DNA from: a virus
DNA length: 64,000 nucleotides
Direction: 5' to 3' (one strand)
IMG/VR virus record: IMGVR_UViG_3300046535_000869
Span: 1 to 64,000 of that record
The translations under genes were made by a program, and so were the position numbers. The notes below the pieces were generated by a model that saw only the letters and a list, made by a program, of their open reading frames with translations, made no database searches and was not told where the DNA came from. Positions 9,341-19,148 of this stretch are shown piece after piece. How positions within the stretch are numbered: position 1 is the stretch's first letter; every line of letters begins with the position of its first letter.

Positions 9341-10398
9341 GATGCAACCTCCAGCCCAATCTCTGCCGCCACGTTGTTGACTTCCGGCTCGGTCCATGCC
9401 GCCGACGTGGCCGGGTTCGTCTCGTACATCTGCGTCCGATACTCAAACGTCGTCGGCAGCTCGAAGTCGTCCGCGTGCGGGTAGTCGACGCCGCCCTGCC
9501 GGACGAGCGTCTTCGCGGTTCTCACGCCCGCGTGCGTCTGGCGAAGGAACGGCGTGAGCTGCACGGCCAGCACGTCGCCTGAGATCGGGAGCGCCTCATA
9601 CTTGTAGCTGTCCTTGTCGCCCGGCGTGTCGCTGGAGTTGTACGTCGTCGTGTCCGGCGGGTTCTCATCGACCAGCGCGCCGTGGTCCGTGCCAGTGCTC
9701 GGCACGAAGTCGGCATTCGAGCCAGCCGCGACCGCGTCCGTCTTCGGGAGTCCAGTAAAGACGAACGGCAGCTTCGTCGACGTGCCGAGGAAGCCGTTCC
9801 CCGGAGCAGGCCCGAAGCCGTCGCGCACGTAGAGGTCATCGAATAGAACCACCGATGATCCGTTGATGTAGCCGTTCAGGCTGAACCGGTCCCATGCGTT
9901 CGCGCCGCCGTTGTTCGTGTTCAGGCCGGTCAGCGTCAGCTTCGTGACGGAGTCGACCTTCACGATGAACGTCCCGGCGGACCCATCGATGAGCGCCTCG
10001 ACCTCGATATAGAACCAGCGATAAGGGAACAGCGCGTAGCTAGACGTACCGTAGATTGTGCCGTCTCCCTTGCGCGCGACCAGATGGCCAGCATGGTCGA
10101 GGCCGAGGTAGACGTGTGTATAGCCGTTCAGGCCGTTCCCGATGGCACACATCACGGTCCCATCAGCCAGATGGTCCGAGTCGGTGAACCGCGTGCGGAA
10201 GCCGAGACCGGCGACCGCGTCGCTCGTCGGAAGGCCGCGCGAGACGACGGACCCAAGGGTCGCCAGAGCCAGCGACCCACCGATGCCGCGCTCGGTCGTG
10301 GTCGAGATGCCGATGATGCCGCCCGTCTGGTACTTCGTCAGGTGCGCGGCCGGGTCGCCGATAGCGTGGTCGAAGCCGTCGACCATCAGGATGGCCAT
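9337..10398 (-). CDS. Minor tail protein with LamG/ConA-like beta-sandwich
   Basis: WFYIEV...FIVKVD...FDDLYV pattern; tail module position. Confidence 0.6.
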   Translation of the reverse strand: MAILMVDGFDHAIGDPAAHLTKYQTGGIIGISTTTERGIGGSLALATLGSVVSRGLPTSDAVAGLGFRTRFTDSDHLADGTVMCAIGNGLNGYTHVYLGLDHAGHLVARKGDGTIYGTSSYALFPYRWFYIEVEALIDGSAGTFIVKVDSVTKLTLTGLNTNNGGANAWDRFSLNGYINGSSVVLFDDLYVRDGFGPAPGNGFLGTSTKLPFVFTGLPKTDAVAAGSNADFVPSTGTDHGALVDENPPDTTTYNSSDTPGDKDSYKYEALPISGDVLAVQLTPFLRQTHAGVRTAKTLVRQGGVDYPHADDFELPTTFEYRTQMYETNPATSAAWTEPEVNNVAAEIGLEVAS

Positions 10399-11240
10399 CA
10401 GGCGACCACCGGAGGCCCGCTGCCCAGCTCGTCGAAGTTGAGCGCGATGTCGTAGACCTCGCCGTGCATCGTCGAGGACGCCGGGAGGACTGCGTCCTGG
10501 AACCTGACGTAGAACGGCTCAGACAGCCGACGGCTCGATGACTCGATGTCGAGGTCGATGACCATCGGGTTCACGATGCCGTGCTGCTCATCGATCCAGT
10601 CGAGGATGTTGTCGAACCCGGACAGGTTCGTCCGGCACGCCGCCTGGATGGCCCGATGCCGCGACTCGACGTCGTAGACCATCTGGACGCCGCGCTTGCT
10701 CGCGTTCCGAGAGGCCAGGTGCTCGACCGCGAAGACGTAGTTGTGCTGAATGTCGAACGGCTCCAGCGGGAGCCAGTCGCTCGCCAGGACGACCTCGCCG
10801 ATGGCGACGGTCACGTCGTTGGCGTCGGTCATGTTGTCGATTGACCAATACCGGAACGTCCGCGCGCCAGCCGACGGATAGGCCGTCCGCAGGTCCACCA
10901 GGGCCGCGCAGGAGAAGCCGTCCCGGTACCACTCCTTGATCGGGATGTTCACTGACAGGCTTGGCGCGGTCCAGACGTTCGTCGCGTTGGCTTGGACCCG
11001 GACGACCGTCCCTTCCTGGAACGTGTGCGCGAACAGGGCGACCATCGCGATCTCGCGCGCCGTCCCGAAGTCGCCGACCAGCCGGATCTGGTTCTCCAGA
11101 ATCCAGACCGGATTCGACGGGTCGCCGTTGCTGGCGAACTCCGGCGCGTAGTCCGCGCTGCGCTCGGTACCGGATTCCAGCGTCCAGGTGCCAGGCCGCT
11201 CGATGCTGTCCGACGGCGTGTAGTGGAGAGGCGCGCTCAT
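10398..11240 (-). CDS. Distal tail (Dit-like) protein
   Basis: Directly follows the tape measure gene; 280 aa. Confidence 0.55.
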   Translation of the reverse strand: MSAPLHYTPSDSIERPGTWTLESGTERSADYAPEFASNGDPSNPVWILENQIRLVGDFGTAREIAMVALFAHTFQEGTVVRVQANATNVWTAPSLSVNIPIKEWYRDGFSCAALVDLRTAYPSAGARTFRYWSIDNMTDANDVTVAIGEVVLASDWLPLEPFDIQHNYVFAVEHLASRNASKRGVQMVYDVESRHRAIQAACRTNLSGFDNILDWIDEQHGIVNPMVIDLDIESSSRRLSEPFYVRFQDAVLPASSTMHGEVYDIALNFDELGSGPPVVA

Positions 11241-14200
11241 CCTTTGGCCACCTTCTTCACGGCCTTCCGTGTGCCAGCCACGTCGCGCAGCATCATGTCG
11301 GGAACCCAGGGGCCGACGTGCTCGTCGAGGAACCGCGTGAACGATGGGCCGTCCAGAATGACCGAGCCGCTGAAGTTTGGCGCGAAGGTGTTGCCCTCGT
11401 TCTTGTCGCCCAGCGCCCGGACCAGCTTGTCCTGCTGCACATTGGTCAGGATGGCTTCGCCGTCCCGGACCATCGCGACGCCACGGTCCGCGCCGTAGTT
11501 GCCCTTATAGATCCCTCCCAGGTCGAAGTGCTTCATCTGGGTCGGGTCGGTGTTGTAGATGCCGCCCCAGGCGTAGCCGTTCTGCGCGCCGGAGTTGTCA
11601 GGGCCTCCGCCGCCGTTATTCGAGTTATCTGGCGACGTCGGCGATCCGGGTCCGGGCTGGCTTTGGTCAGGACCGGGACTGCTCGTATCGCCGCCGGTCG
11701 GTGTGCCGTCGCGCGGCTTGAGCGTGTAGCCGCCGTGGTCGTCGTACACGATGTCGACCTTGACCTCTGGGTGCAGCTTCTCGAACTCCGCCTTGGCTTT
11801 CTGTGCGCCGGTCTTCGCGTCCTCCGGGAAGGTGACGCCCATGAACTTCCCGATGGCCTGAAGGATGTCGTTGGTCTTGTCGAGCGCCTGAACCATCTGG
11901 TCCTGCGCCGACATAAACTTCTCGCCGACCGTGCCGTTCGCCTCGGCCTGGTCGAGCAGCGCCTGCGTCCCGTCGTCGACCGCGTACCCGAACTTCTTCT
12001 GCAGCTCCCAGACCGTCTGAAGGTCCGGCTGCATCAGCTTCATCACGGCATCGCCGTCTTTGCCCTGCTTGATGAGGCTCTGATACGTCTGGGTGATCTG
12101 GCCTGACAGCCCTGCGAACATGTCCTGCGTGAGGAAGCCGCTGTTGCTCAAGCCGACCAGCGCCTGCCGCCAGCCGTCCGCCGCTTCGAGTGCCGGTCCA
12201 GCGATCTCGTCGTTCGCGACACCGACCGCTGCTGCCAGCTTGTCGAACGCGACGCCGCCCGCGAAGCCGGTCGCCTGGAGGATCTTCTGAAGGTTCTGAA
12301 CAGCCGGGCCGATGGTCTTGATGACCTCCGAGAAGGACGCCCCGCCCTTGATCATGGCCCCGAACGCGCCGAGGACCGCCGCCGCTTCGCCGCCCGCCTG
12401 CTGTTGGGACTTCGGCCCGGTCGCGTCGATGAGCGCGTTCGCCTTGTCGACACCAGCCTGGTCGCCGGACTTCGCCGCTGCGTCTCGCGCGTCGTACGCG
12501 CCAGCCGTGATGCCGACCGCCTTCGTGATACCAGCCGCCGCAGACTGTCCCTGCGCGCTGATGAAGTCGCTGACCGCCTTCGAGGCCGTCCCGAACTCGC
12601 CGTCCAGCTTGATGATGTCCTTCAGCTTCTGGCTGACGAGGCCGAGGCTGTCCGTCGAGGCGTCCGCGATCTGCTTGAAGGACTTGTCCAGCGCCTGCGT
12701 CGCTTCGGCCGTCGTTAGAACGCCCTGCTGAACCGCCGAGAAAATGTCGTGTTCCTTCTCTAGGTACGTGTCGAGGTTCTTCGTGTCGATGGGATGCTCA
12801 GCGATGATGTCGCCGAGGCTCATCAGCGCGCCGCCAGCGTTCGAGTAGCCTCCCTTGAGCGACCCAGCCGCCGCGTCGATCTTCTTCACCAGCGCGTCCG
12901 ACAGCGTCATCCCAAACGACTTCCCGATGTCCTCCGAGATCCGCTGCTCCGCCGACCGGCCCATGCTGCGAATCAGCCCGGTCACTGCGCCCGCGATGGC
13001 TCCAACCGCCGCGCCGACCGCCGTCCCGATCCCAGGGATGACCGACCCGATGGTCGCGCCGAGTTTCATCCCGGACAGCGCGCCGCCGATGGTGCGCTGG
13101 GCGGTGCTCCCTTCGCCGGTTGCGGAGATGACGCCGCTGACGCCGCCGACCACGTCGCCCGCGAGTGATCCGACGTTCGAGACGGTGTTCATCAGCCCGC
13201 CGAGACCGGACAGACCGCCGCTCAAGCCGCCAGCGCCTGGCTTGTGGATGTCCTTCCAGGTCTGGCTGAACTGATCCATCGCCTTCGACGTGAGGGACAG
13301 CGCGCCGACGATCTCGCCGATGCCTCCGAGGATGCCTCCCAGCGCGCCGCCGGAAATCTGGGCGAGCTGCGCGAACGCGCCAGCCAGCCCGGCGATAGAA
13401 TCCATCCAGCGTTTATTCGCGCCGACGATGGCGTTGACTTGGTTCAGCGGGAGCTTCAGCTTCTCGGCGATCTCCTGGGCCGTGAAGCCCTGCTCCTTCA
13501 TGCGCTGAACGCTTTCCTTCTCAGCGTCCGACAAGCCCAGCGCTGCACGTTCCGCCTCGATGAAGGCGTCACGGCTAATCTGGCCGACGTTTGTGGAGAA
13601 GGTGGTCCCGATCTGCATGCCCAGCTCGTTGACGCCGTGCAGCTCTCCGCTGAACGCCGCCATCGAGGCCGCGAGTTGTTTAAGGAAGTCAGGCTGACCC
13701 TCGAAGCCCTTATTGACCGCTGCCTGCGCGGCCGTCGTCTCGTCCCGATAGGTGTGAATGTCCTTCATCACCTCGTCGTAGAACGTGTCGACGACGACGC
13801 GCATCTTGCCGTAGAGCGCTGCGTTCAGCGCCTCGACGGCGTTGTCCTTGTCCTGTTCGAGCGCCTTGGTCTTCTGGATGTCGTCGTACTGCTTGTCGTA
13901 CCAGGTCTTCAGTCCCAGTAAGCGGCTGCTCAGTTCCATGCCGCTGTCCTTCGAGACGTCAGCCGTGTACTCGTCCCAGAAGCCCGTCGTCTTCGACAGC
14001 ATCTCCTGCGTCGCCGACTCCAGCTCCTTCGTGCTGCTCTTGGCTTCTTCGAGCGCCTTCTTATAGATCTCGATGGCCATCGGGCTGACCGCGCCCTGGA
14101 GCTGCTTCGAGATGTCGCCTGGAGACATGCCTGCGTCGAGCAGGTTCTTCAGCTCGATCTTCTTCGAGGACGACAGCGCGTTCAGTTGGTCGTGGGCTTC

Positions 14201-15817
14201 CTTGACCTGCGCCGCCAGCTTTTTCCAGGCCGCGTCCGCGTCCGGCGGAGGCCCGACCTTGTCCTGGCCTGGAAGGTTGCCCTCCTTGCGCCGCTTATTG
14301 ACCTCGGCGACCGCCTCGGCGAGCGTCTTAAACGACGTGCCGAGCGCCTCGTTGATGCGTTTCAAGTTGGCCGAGTCGACCTCGTCCTGCTTCGCTTGCG
14401 ACTGCGCGCGCGCCTTGCTCTCCGCGTAAAGCTGCCAGGCTTGGTAGCCGATAGTGACAGCCGCCGTGATACCTGCCAGCGCGACGATGATCGGACCAGA
14501 CGCGAGAATGAACCCGCCGAGCGCCGTCGCCGACGCCGCCTCGGCTGCTTCGAGCGCCCAGATCCGAACCGTCAGGACGCCGACCGTGTTGCCCAGCGTT
14601 GTCAGGAGGCCGCTGATGACGCCCCAGGATGTCGCAATCTTTGAGAACGCGAACATAACCGGGCCGACCGCCGCGAGTAGTCCGACGAAGGCGAACGTCG
14701 CGGTCTGGACCGGTCCAGGCAGTTGGCCGAAGGCGAAGCCGAGGCCCTGAACCAGCTTGATCGCTGCCTCCATCTTCGGCATCCAGCCCTCGATGGCGTT
14801 GAGGATGCCAGTCCCTAGTGGCTCGATGGCGATCTCGACCTGGTGCGTCAGGACCTTCCATTTGTCGGCATAGGACAGCGTGTCAAACGCCGCCTTCTCG
14901 ATGGTGTCGGTGCTGCCCTTAATCGACGCCATCAGCGCGTCGACGTTGAACTGGCCGCGCGCCATCGCGTCGGCCATCTGGATGCCAGCCCGCCCGAACG
15001 TCTGCACGGCGATAGTCGTCGCCGCCGAACTCGGACCGAGCTGTTGCATCCTCGCGATGACGTCCTTGAGGCCCTGTTCGAGTGGGATGTTCTCCTTGGC
15101 GAAGGTGCGCGCCGCAATCGTCAGGCCGGACATCGCCTGGCCGACGTTGACGCCGTTCTTCTCGAACTGGCCCAACATGACCGCGCTCTGCTCGACGCCG
15201 ATGCCGAGCTGACGGAAGGTCCCGCCGTACTCGACCAGGTCCTGCTGCAGCGTCCCAAACGCGATCCCGGTCTTCTGGGTCACAGCCAGGAGGAAGTCGA
15301 GCGTGCCGACCTGCTTGTCGGCGGTGATGCCCCAGGCCGCGAACAGCCGGGTCGCGTCCTGGATGGCGACATTGATCTCGGTCTTCGTGATACGCGAGAG
15401 GTTCAACATCGTCGTCGCCATCTTGTCGAGCTGTGGCCCGGTCAAGCCGAGGCGCTGGTTCAGGTCGTCGATGGCGGTCGTGACGTCCTTCGTGCTGTTC
15501 GGCACGCTGCCGAAGACCGTCTTGAACGAATCCTCCAGGCCGCTGAGCGCGTCGCCTGTTGCACCAGTCGAGGCGCGAATCGTGTCGAACGCCTCGTCGA
15601 AGTCGCTGGCGACCTTCATCGCGAACCCGCCGAAGGCCAGGATGGGTGCCGTGAGGCCGACGGACATGGCCTTCCCTGCGGTCGCGGCAGACGCCGTCAT
15701 GTCATCCGTCGCCTGCTTGAAGACCGACTTCGACTGGTCGAGGTCCTTCTTCAGCGAGGCGATGTCCGCCCGGATGGCGATGAGCGCTTGTCCGAGAACG
15801 CCGAGGTCTTCAGCCAA
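11237..15817 (-). CDS. Tail tape measure protein
   Basis: 1526 aa, Ala/Gly-rich helical; GKAMSVGLTAPIL...ASDFD and TP901-like core; follows tail chaperones; TTG start. Confidence 0.95.
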   Translation of the reverse strand: MAEDLGVLGQALIAIRADIASLKKDLDQSKSVFKQATDDMTASAATAGKAMSVGLTAPILAFGGFAMKVASDFDEAFDTIRASTGATGDALSGLEDSFKTVFGSVPNSTKDVTTAIDDLNQRLGLTGPQLDKMATTMLNLSRITKTEINVAIQDATRLFAAWGITADKQVGTLDFLLAVTQKTGIAFGTLQQDLVEYGGTFRQLGIGVEQSAVMLGQFEKNGVNVGQAMSGLTIAARTFAKENIPLEQGLKDVIARMQQLGPSSAATTIAVQTFGRAGIQMADAMARGQFNVDALMASIKGSTDTIEKAAFDTLSYADKWKVLTHQVEIAIEPLGTGILNAIEGWMPKMEAAIKLVQGLGFAFGQLPGPVQTATFAFVGLLAAVGPVMFAFSKIATSWGVISGLLTTLGNTVGVLTVRIWALEAAEAASATALGGFILASGPIIVALAGITAAVTIGYQAWQLYAESKARAQSQAKQDEVDSANLKRINEALGTSFKTLAEAVAEVNKRRKEGNLPGQDKVGPPPDADAAWKKLAAQVKEAHDQLNALSSSKKIELKNLLDAGMSPGDISKQLQGAVSPMAIEIYKKALEEAKSSTKELESATQEMLSKTTGFWDEYTADVSKDSGMELSSRLLGLKTWYDKQYDDIQKTKALEQDKDNAVEALNAALYGKMRVVVDTFYDEVMKDIHTYRDETTAAQAAVNKGFEGQPDFLKQLAASMAAFSGELHGVNELGMQIGTTFSTNVGQISRDAFIEAERAALGLSDAEKESVQRMKEQGFTAQEIAEKLKLPLNQVNAIVGANKRWMDSIAGLAGAFAQLAQISGGALGGILGGIGEIVGALSLTSKAMDQFSQTWKDIHKPGAGGLSGGLSGLGGLMNTVSNVGSLAGDVVGGVSGVISATGEGSTAQRTIGGALSGMKLGATIGSVIPGIGTAVGAAVGAIAGAVTGLIRSMGRSAEQRISEDIGKSFGMTLSDALVKKIDAAAGSLKGGYSNAGGALMSLGDIIAEHPIDTKNLDTYLEKEHDIFSAVQQGVLTTAEATQALDKSFKQIADASTDSLGLVSQKLKDIIKLDGEFGTASKAVSDFISAQGQSAAAGITKAVGITAGAYDARDAAAKSGDQAGVDKANALIDATGPKSQQQAGGEAAAVLGAFGAMIKGGASFSEVIKTIGPAVQNLQKILQATGFAGGVAFDKLAAAVGVANDEIAGPALEAADGWRQALVGLSNSGFLTQDMFAGLSGQITQTYQSLIKQGKDGDAVMKLMQPDLQTVWELQKKFGYAVDDGTQALLDQAEANGTVGEKFMSAQDQMVQALDKTNDILQAIGKFMGVTFPEDAKTGAQKAKAEFEKLHPEVKVDIVYDDHGGYTLKPRDGTPTGGDTSSPGPDQSQPGPGSPTSPDNSNNGGGGPDNSGAQNGYAWGGIYNTDPTQMKHFDLGGIYKGNYGADRGVAMVRDGEAILTNVQQDKLVRALGDKNEGNTFAPNFSGSVILDGPSFTRFLDEHVGPWVPDMMLRDVAGTRKAVKKVAKG

Positions 15818-15821
15818 TGCG

Positions 15822-16154
15822 TTATTTCCCCTTCTTTGCTTTCCAGCGTTTCACGCGATCCGACAGCTCCTCGACCATCTTGCGCTGTCGTTCGACTTCT
15901 TCCGGCGTCAGCTCGACGACCTCAACGGGAGGCGCGAGGAGCGACTCCAGAGTCGGGAGTCCCTTCGTGCCGACGAACTTCGCGTTCAACCAGGCCGAGA
16001 CCAGCCCTTGCTTGGCCTCTTCCTCATGCTGCCAGTCCGACGCTGCGATGGCCCGGTTCCACTGGACCGGCGTCATCGTCCAGAAGTCAATCTCCGAGAT
16101 GCCGTATCGCGCGGCTGTGACCAGGAAGGCGTCCCAGTCCCAGCCTACTGAGGG
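15822..16154 (-). CDS. Tail assembly chaperone, frameshift-extended (GT-like) segment
   Basis: Frame -1 relative to the upstream chaperone, open from 16154: WDWDAFLVTAARYGISEIDFWTMTPVQW, typical of gpT-like segments. Confidence 0.7.
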   Translation of the reverse strand, partial: PSVGWDWDAFLVTAARYGISEIDFWTMTPVQWNRAIAASDWQHEEEAKQGLVSAWLNAKFVGTKGLPTLESLLAPPVEVVELTPEEVERQRKMVEELSDRVKRWKAKKGK

Positions 16155-16522
16155 TCAACGGTGTCCTTTGCGCCCGCCTTCTCTTTCTTCTCGGAGCCAG
16201 GGAAGGCTTCGATGAAGGCATCCAGCACTTGCGGGTAGACGACCTCGAAGAACACGTCGGACCCGATCTCGTCAATCAGATCGCCGACCTCGTCGACCGT
16301 CCAGGGTTGCGGACGGTTGCGTGTCTTGAGCCGCGCGGTTTCCAGCGCCGCCCAGAACACGATGCCCAGCTCGCGCACGCCCGCCTGGTTGTTCGTCATC
16401 CGAGCGCCGACCGCCTGGATGGGAATCCCTAGGTACTCCTCGATGCGCCGGATAGCGTTCCAGCCGAACTGAATCTCGTACGCGCGGCCGTTGAGTTCAA
16501 TCTGCTTCGGTCCTTTTGCCAT
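16145..16522 (-). CDS. Tail assembly chaperone (gpG-like)
   Basis: IELNGRAYEIQFGWNAIRRIEE; between major tail and tape measure genes. Confidence 0.8.
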   Translation of the reverse strand: MAKGPKQIELNGRAYEIQFGWNAIRRIEEYLGIPIQAVGARMTNNQAGVRELGIVFWAALETARLKTRNRPQPWTVDEVGDLIDEIGSDVFFEVVYPQVLDAFIEAFPGSEKKEKAGAKDTVDPQ

Positions 16523-16536
16523 GATCTGCCCCGTTC

Positions 16537-16580
16537 AAAAAAAGGTTGAGAGACCAGGCTGGCCTGGTGTGCCAGCCTGG
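16537..16580 (-). terminator. Hairpin/terminator after the major tail gene
   Basis: CCAGGCTGGC-7nt-GCCAGCCTGG followed by TCTCTCAACC and T7 on the minus strand. Confidence 0.65.
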
Positions 16581-16583
16581 GAA

Positions 16584-16976
16584 TTACGGAACGCTCGACC
16601 AGGTGTCGTCGACTTCCAGGTTGAGCGTGATGACCGACGCCGCCGAGTCCGGGAACTGAGGCGACATCTCGGAGATGATGGCCGAGGCCGTCTCGATCTC
16701 GCTGCCCAGCTCCTTGCGGATTACGTCGATGTAGTCCCGGTTGCGGAACGCCGCCTGAATGGCGTCGTAGCCGCTCGCGCCAGGCACGTACAGAGCCGTC
16801 AGCGACAGCTTCGACGTGTAGCGGCCAGGCGCGACACGCATGGCGGGAGAGTCCTTCGACGACATGTCGATGACCGCCACGGTCTCGCTCTGGGTTGCGC
16901 CGCGCTGTGCCGGGATCTGAATCCCGTTAATCAGCAGGACGACGTCGGTACCGTTAATTCCAATCGGATTACTCAT
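16584..16976 (-). CDS. Major tail tube protein (TP901-1/Phage_tail_2-like)
   Basis: GTDVVL...QRGATQSET...IDMSSKDS pattern; position. Confidence 0.85.
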   Translation of the reverse strand: MSNPIGINGTDVVLLINGIQIPAQRGATQSETVAVIDMSSKDSPAMRVAPGRYTSKLSLTALYVPGASGYDAIQAAFRNRDYIDVIRKELGSEIETASAIISEMSPQFPDSAASVITLNLEVDDTWSSVP

Positions 16977-17018
16977 GCAGCCTCCTCCTCGTTTGACACT
17001 GGCGCGTCCTGCGCCCGT

Positions 17019-17450
17019 TCACGCTTGCATCGCCGTCAGGGTCAGCGTGACCATGCGGCCGTACATCGTCTTGTCCGTCGGTGCCTGGATAACGCTCCCG
17101 CACTCGGAGACGATGGTCGAAAACCCGCTGATCGCCAGCCGGTGTCGATGGAAGCCGTACGCTCCATCGCCCAGCCCGCGAATCCGTTGCGCGATCTGGT
17201 CGACCAGGCCAGACCCGTCGGCCGCTGTGTAGCAGGCGATGTCCTGTGTCCACGTCCGGCCGAGTGTGTTCTTCGTGTCGAACGGCACGTCGCCTATCGC
17301 CGGAAGGATGACGATGTAGGGCGGAACCATCCCGTCCGGTAAAGGCGAGACCGCTGCGATGGCCGGACCGCCCGCGTAGTCGGCGAGCATCGCCGTCAGC
17401 ACGGTGTCGCCAGCCATCCGGTCGAATAGCGCCTCGTCGACTTCGATCAT
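17019..17450 (-). CDS. Tail terminator (DUF3168-like)
   Basis: EALFDRMAGDTVL...PYIVI...QDIACY; position upstream of tail tube gene. Confidence 0.75.
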   Translation of the reverse strand: MIEVDEALFDRMAGDTVLTAMLADYAGGPAIAAVSPLPDGMVPPYIVILPAIGDVPFDTKNTLGRTWTQDIACYTAADGSGLVDQIAQRIRGLGDGAYGFHRHRLAISGFSTIVSECGSVIQAPTDKTMYGRMVTLTLTAMQA

Positions 17451-17857
17451 CCTGTGACTCCAAGGATCTGCCTGATGCGCGACTTCTGCATCTCCAGCGC
17501 GGGCCGAAACGCGGGCCTCGGTAGCTGGTGATACGTGCGCCCCAGACTGTCCGTCCCGCTGAAGCCCAGCTCCAGGCGCGGTTCGTACGGCACGTTGGAG
17601 CCGACCAGGCCGACGACGTTGCCGTCCTTGTCCTTCGTCACGCGAGACGTCACGGTCCGCTGCAGTTGTCCGGTGACCTTCTTCGGCGGTTCGCCAGGAG
17701 CTGACGGGTTCGTCCCATCCTTGTTTCCTCGGTTGATGAGGACCTTGACCTGGTCGCGAACCAAGATCACCGCGCGCGCCATGCGCTCCTCGACCGCGCC
17801 GGTCGACAGCTTCAGGACCTGCTCGACGTTCCACTGGATGATGGGCGAGGTCGCCAT
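17447..17857 (-). CDS. HK97 gp10-like neck protein
   Basis: SAPGEPP..TGQLQR...LELG...PRPAFRPAL. Confidence 0.8.
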   Translation of the reverse strand: MATSPIIQWNVEQVLKLSTGAVEERMARAVILVRDQVKVLINRGNKDGTNPSAPGEPPKKVTGQLQRTVTSRVTKDKDGNVVGLVGSNVPYEPRLELGFSGTDSLGRTYHQLPRPAFRPALEMQKSRIRQILGVTG

Positions 17858-18192
17858 CAGACCGCCGCCTGTCCGTACTGCTGTTCCTGGAGCAGCCATT
17901 CCTGGTGATGGTCCGGCCGCGACGTCGGCTTCTCCGCGATGACCAGGAAGTCCCGCCCGTCCACCTGAACCCGGTCGTCCCGCTTGATGGCGTAGCCTGG
18001 GTCGGTGTAGCCGACGTGGCTGACCTGACTGCCCAGCCGGTAGCCGATCTCGCGCTCGGCCGCTCCCGCCGCATGGAACCTGAACGGGAGCGCGGCATCC
18101 TGGACGACCGGCATCGAGACGAACCGACCGTGGTCGGACGTGCTCGTCGGCCGGGTCCAGACCGCGACCATGTTCAGGAGATGCGTGATCAC
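17857..18192 (-). CDS. Head closure / head-tail joining protein
   Basis: GTG start overlapping upstream TGA; IKRDDRVQVDGRDFLV...HHQE. Confidence 0.7.
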   Translation of the reverse strand: MITHLLNMVAVWTRPTSTSDHGRFVSMPVVQDAALPFRFHAAGAAEREIGYRLGSQVSHVGYTDPGYAIKRDDRVQVDGRDFLVIAEKPTSRPDHHQEWLLQEQQYGQAAV

Positions 18193-19148
18193 ATCATCCT
18201 CACGTACGGCTCGATGGCCCTGAGCACGTCCGGCGGGAGCATCGTCGTGATGTCCGCCCCAGCCAGCCGCCCGGACGCGAACTGCGCCGACCAGTCGCCG
18301 ATGTGCTCGGAGACCACCTCCGGGTCGTGCGGGTTGACCTTCCGCAGATACCAGTTCTTGACCGCCTCGACGACGCAGCGTTCGAGCGTCGACGGAAGCG
18401 TCGCGACCTCCACGGACGACCCGCCAGGCGCGGTCTCGTCGGTCAGTAGCCCGTTCAGGACGATGGTCTCGTCGGTGCGCTCGCGCACAATGAACCGGCC
18501 GTTGTTCTTGCGGTTCGCGAACCCGCGCAGCCGGACGATCTCGCCAGGAACCACCAGTGGCATGACCGGCGCGTCGTCGATGGCCGTCAGCACGCTCGTC
18601 CCGCTGGCCGTGATGGCTGCGACCGAATAGCCGGAGGCGACGATGTCGTCGTTGTGCGTGAGGTAGCCGCCGACGTAGGTCGCCTGCCAGGGAGCGCGCC
18701 CGTCCTGCTCCAGGCGGTCGACCGCCAGCCAGACGTGAATCGGCGCGTTGTCCGGCCAGCCAGACTCCCTGAAGACGATCCCAGCCTCGGCGTTGTGGAT
18801 GAAGATCCGGTCCAGGTTCAGGTTCGAGTTGTCGGCGTTGTTCTTGTCGTAGACGACGCCCGCGTCGCTGTGCTCGACCAGCTCGATGGACATGATCGGC
18901 GTCGTCTCTAGCAGCACGTTCGTCCGGCCGGTCCCGCTGAACCGCTCCTTGACTCGCTGCCGCAGGATGTATGGCCGGTCGATGTACTCCGTGATGGCCG
19001 CGCTCGCATCGGCGATCCGGTCTTCGAGCCAGGCGTCGCGCGCCGCGTCTGTGTCCGTCAGGTTCAGGTTCGCCTTCACGGTGTCCAGCGTCGCGAACGC
19101 CTCCGACTGAGGCGGGTAGAGGACCGTCACCAGGCCAGTGATACTCAT
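18189..19148 (-). CDS. Head-tail adaptor (gp6-like) with inserted domain
   Basis: ATLDTVKANL...ASAAITEYIDR...TYVGGY...SEHIGDWS...LPPDVLRAIEPY. Confidence 0.8.
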   Translation of the reverse strand: MSITGLVTVLYPPQSEAFATLDTVKANLNLTDTDAARDAWLEDRIADASAAITEYIDRPYILRQRVKERFSGTGRTNVLLETTPIMSIELVEHSDAGVVYDKNNADNSNLNLDRIFIHNAEAGIVFRESGWPDNAPIHVWLAVDRLEQDGRAPWQATYVGGYLTHNDDIVASGYSVAAITASGTSVLTAIDDAPVMPLVVPGEIVRLRGFANRKNNGRFIVRERTDETIVLNGLLTDETAPGGSSVEVATLPSTLERCVVEAVKNWYLRKVNPHDPEVVSEHIGDWSAQFASGRLAGADITTMLPPDVLRAIEPYVRMM

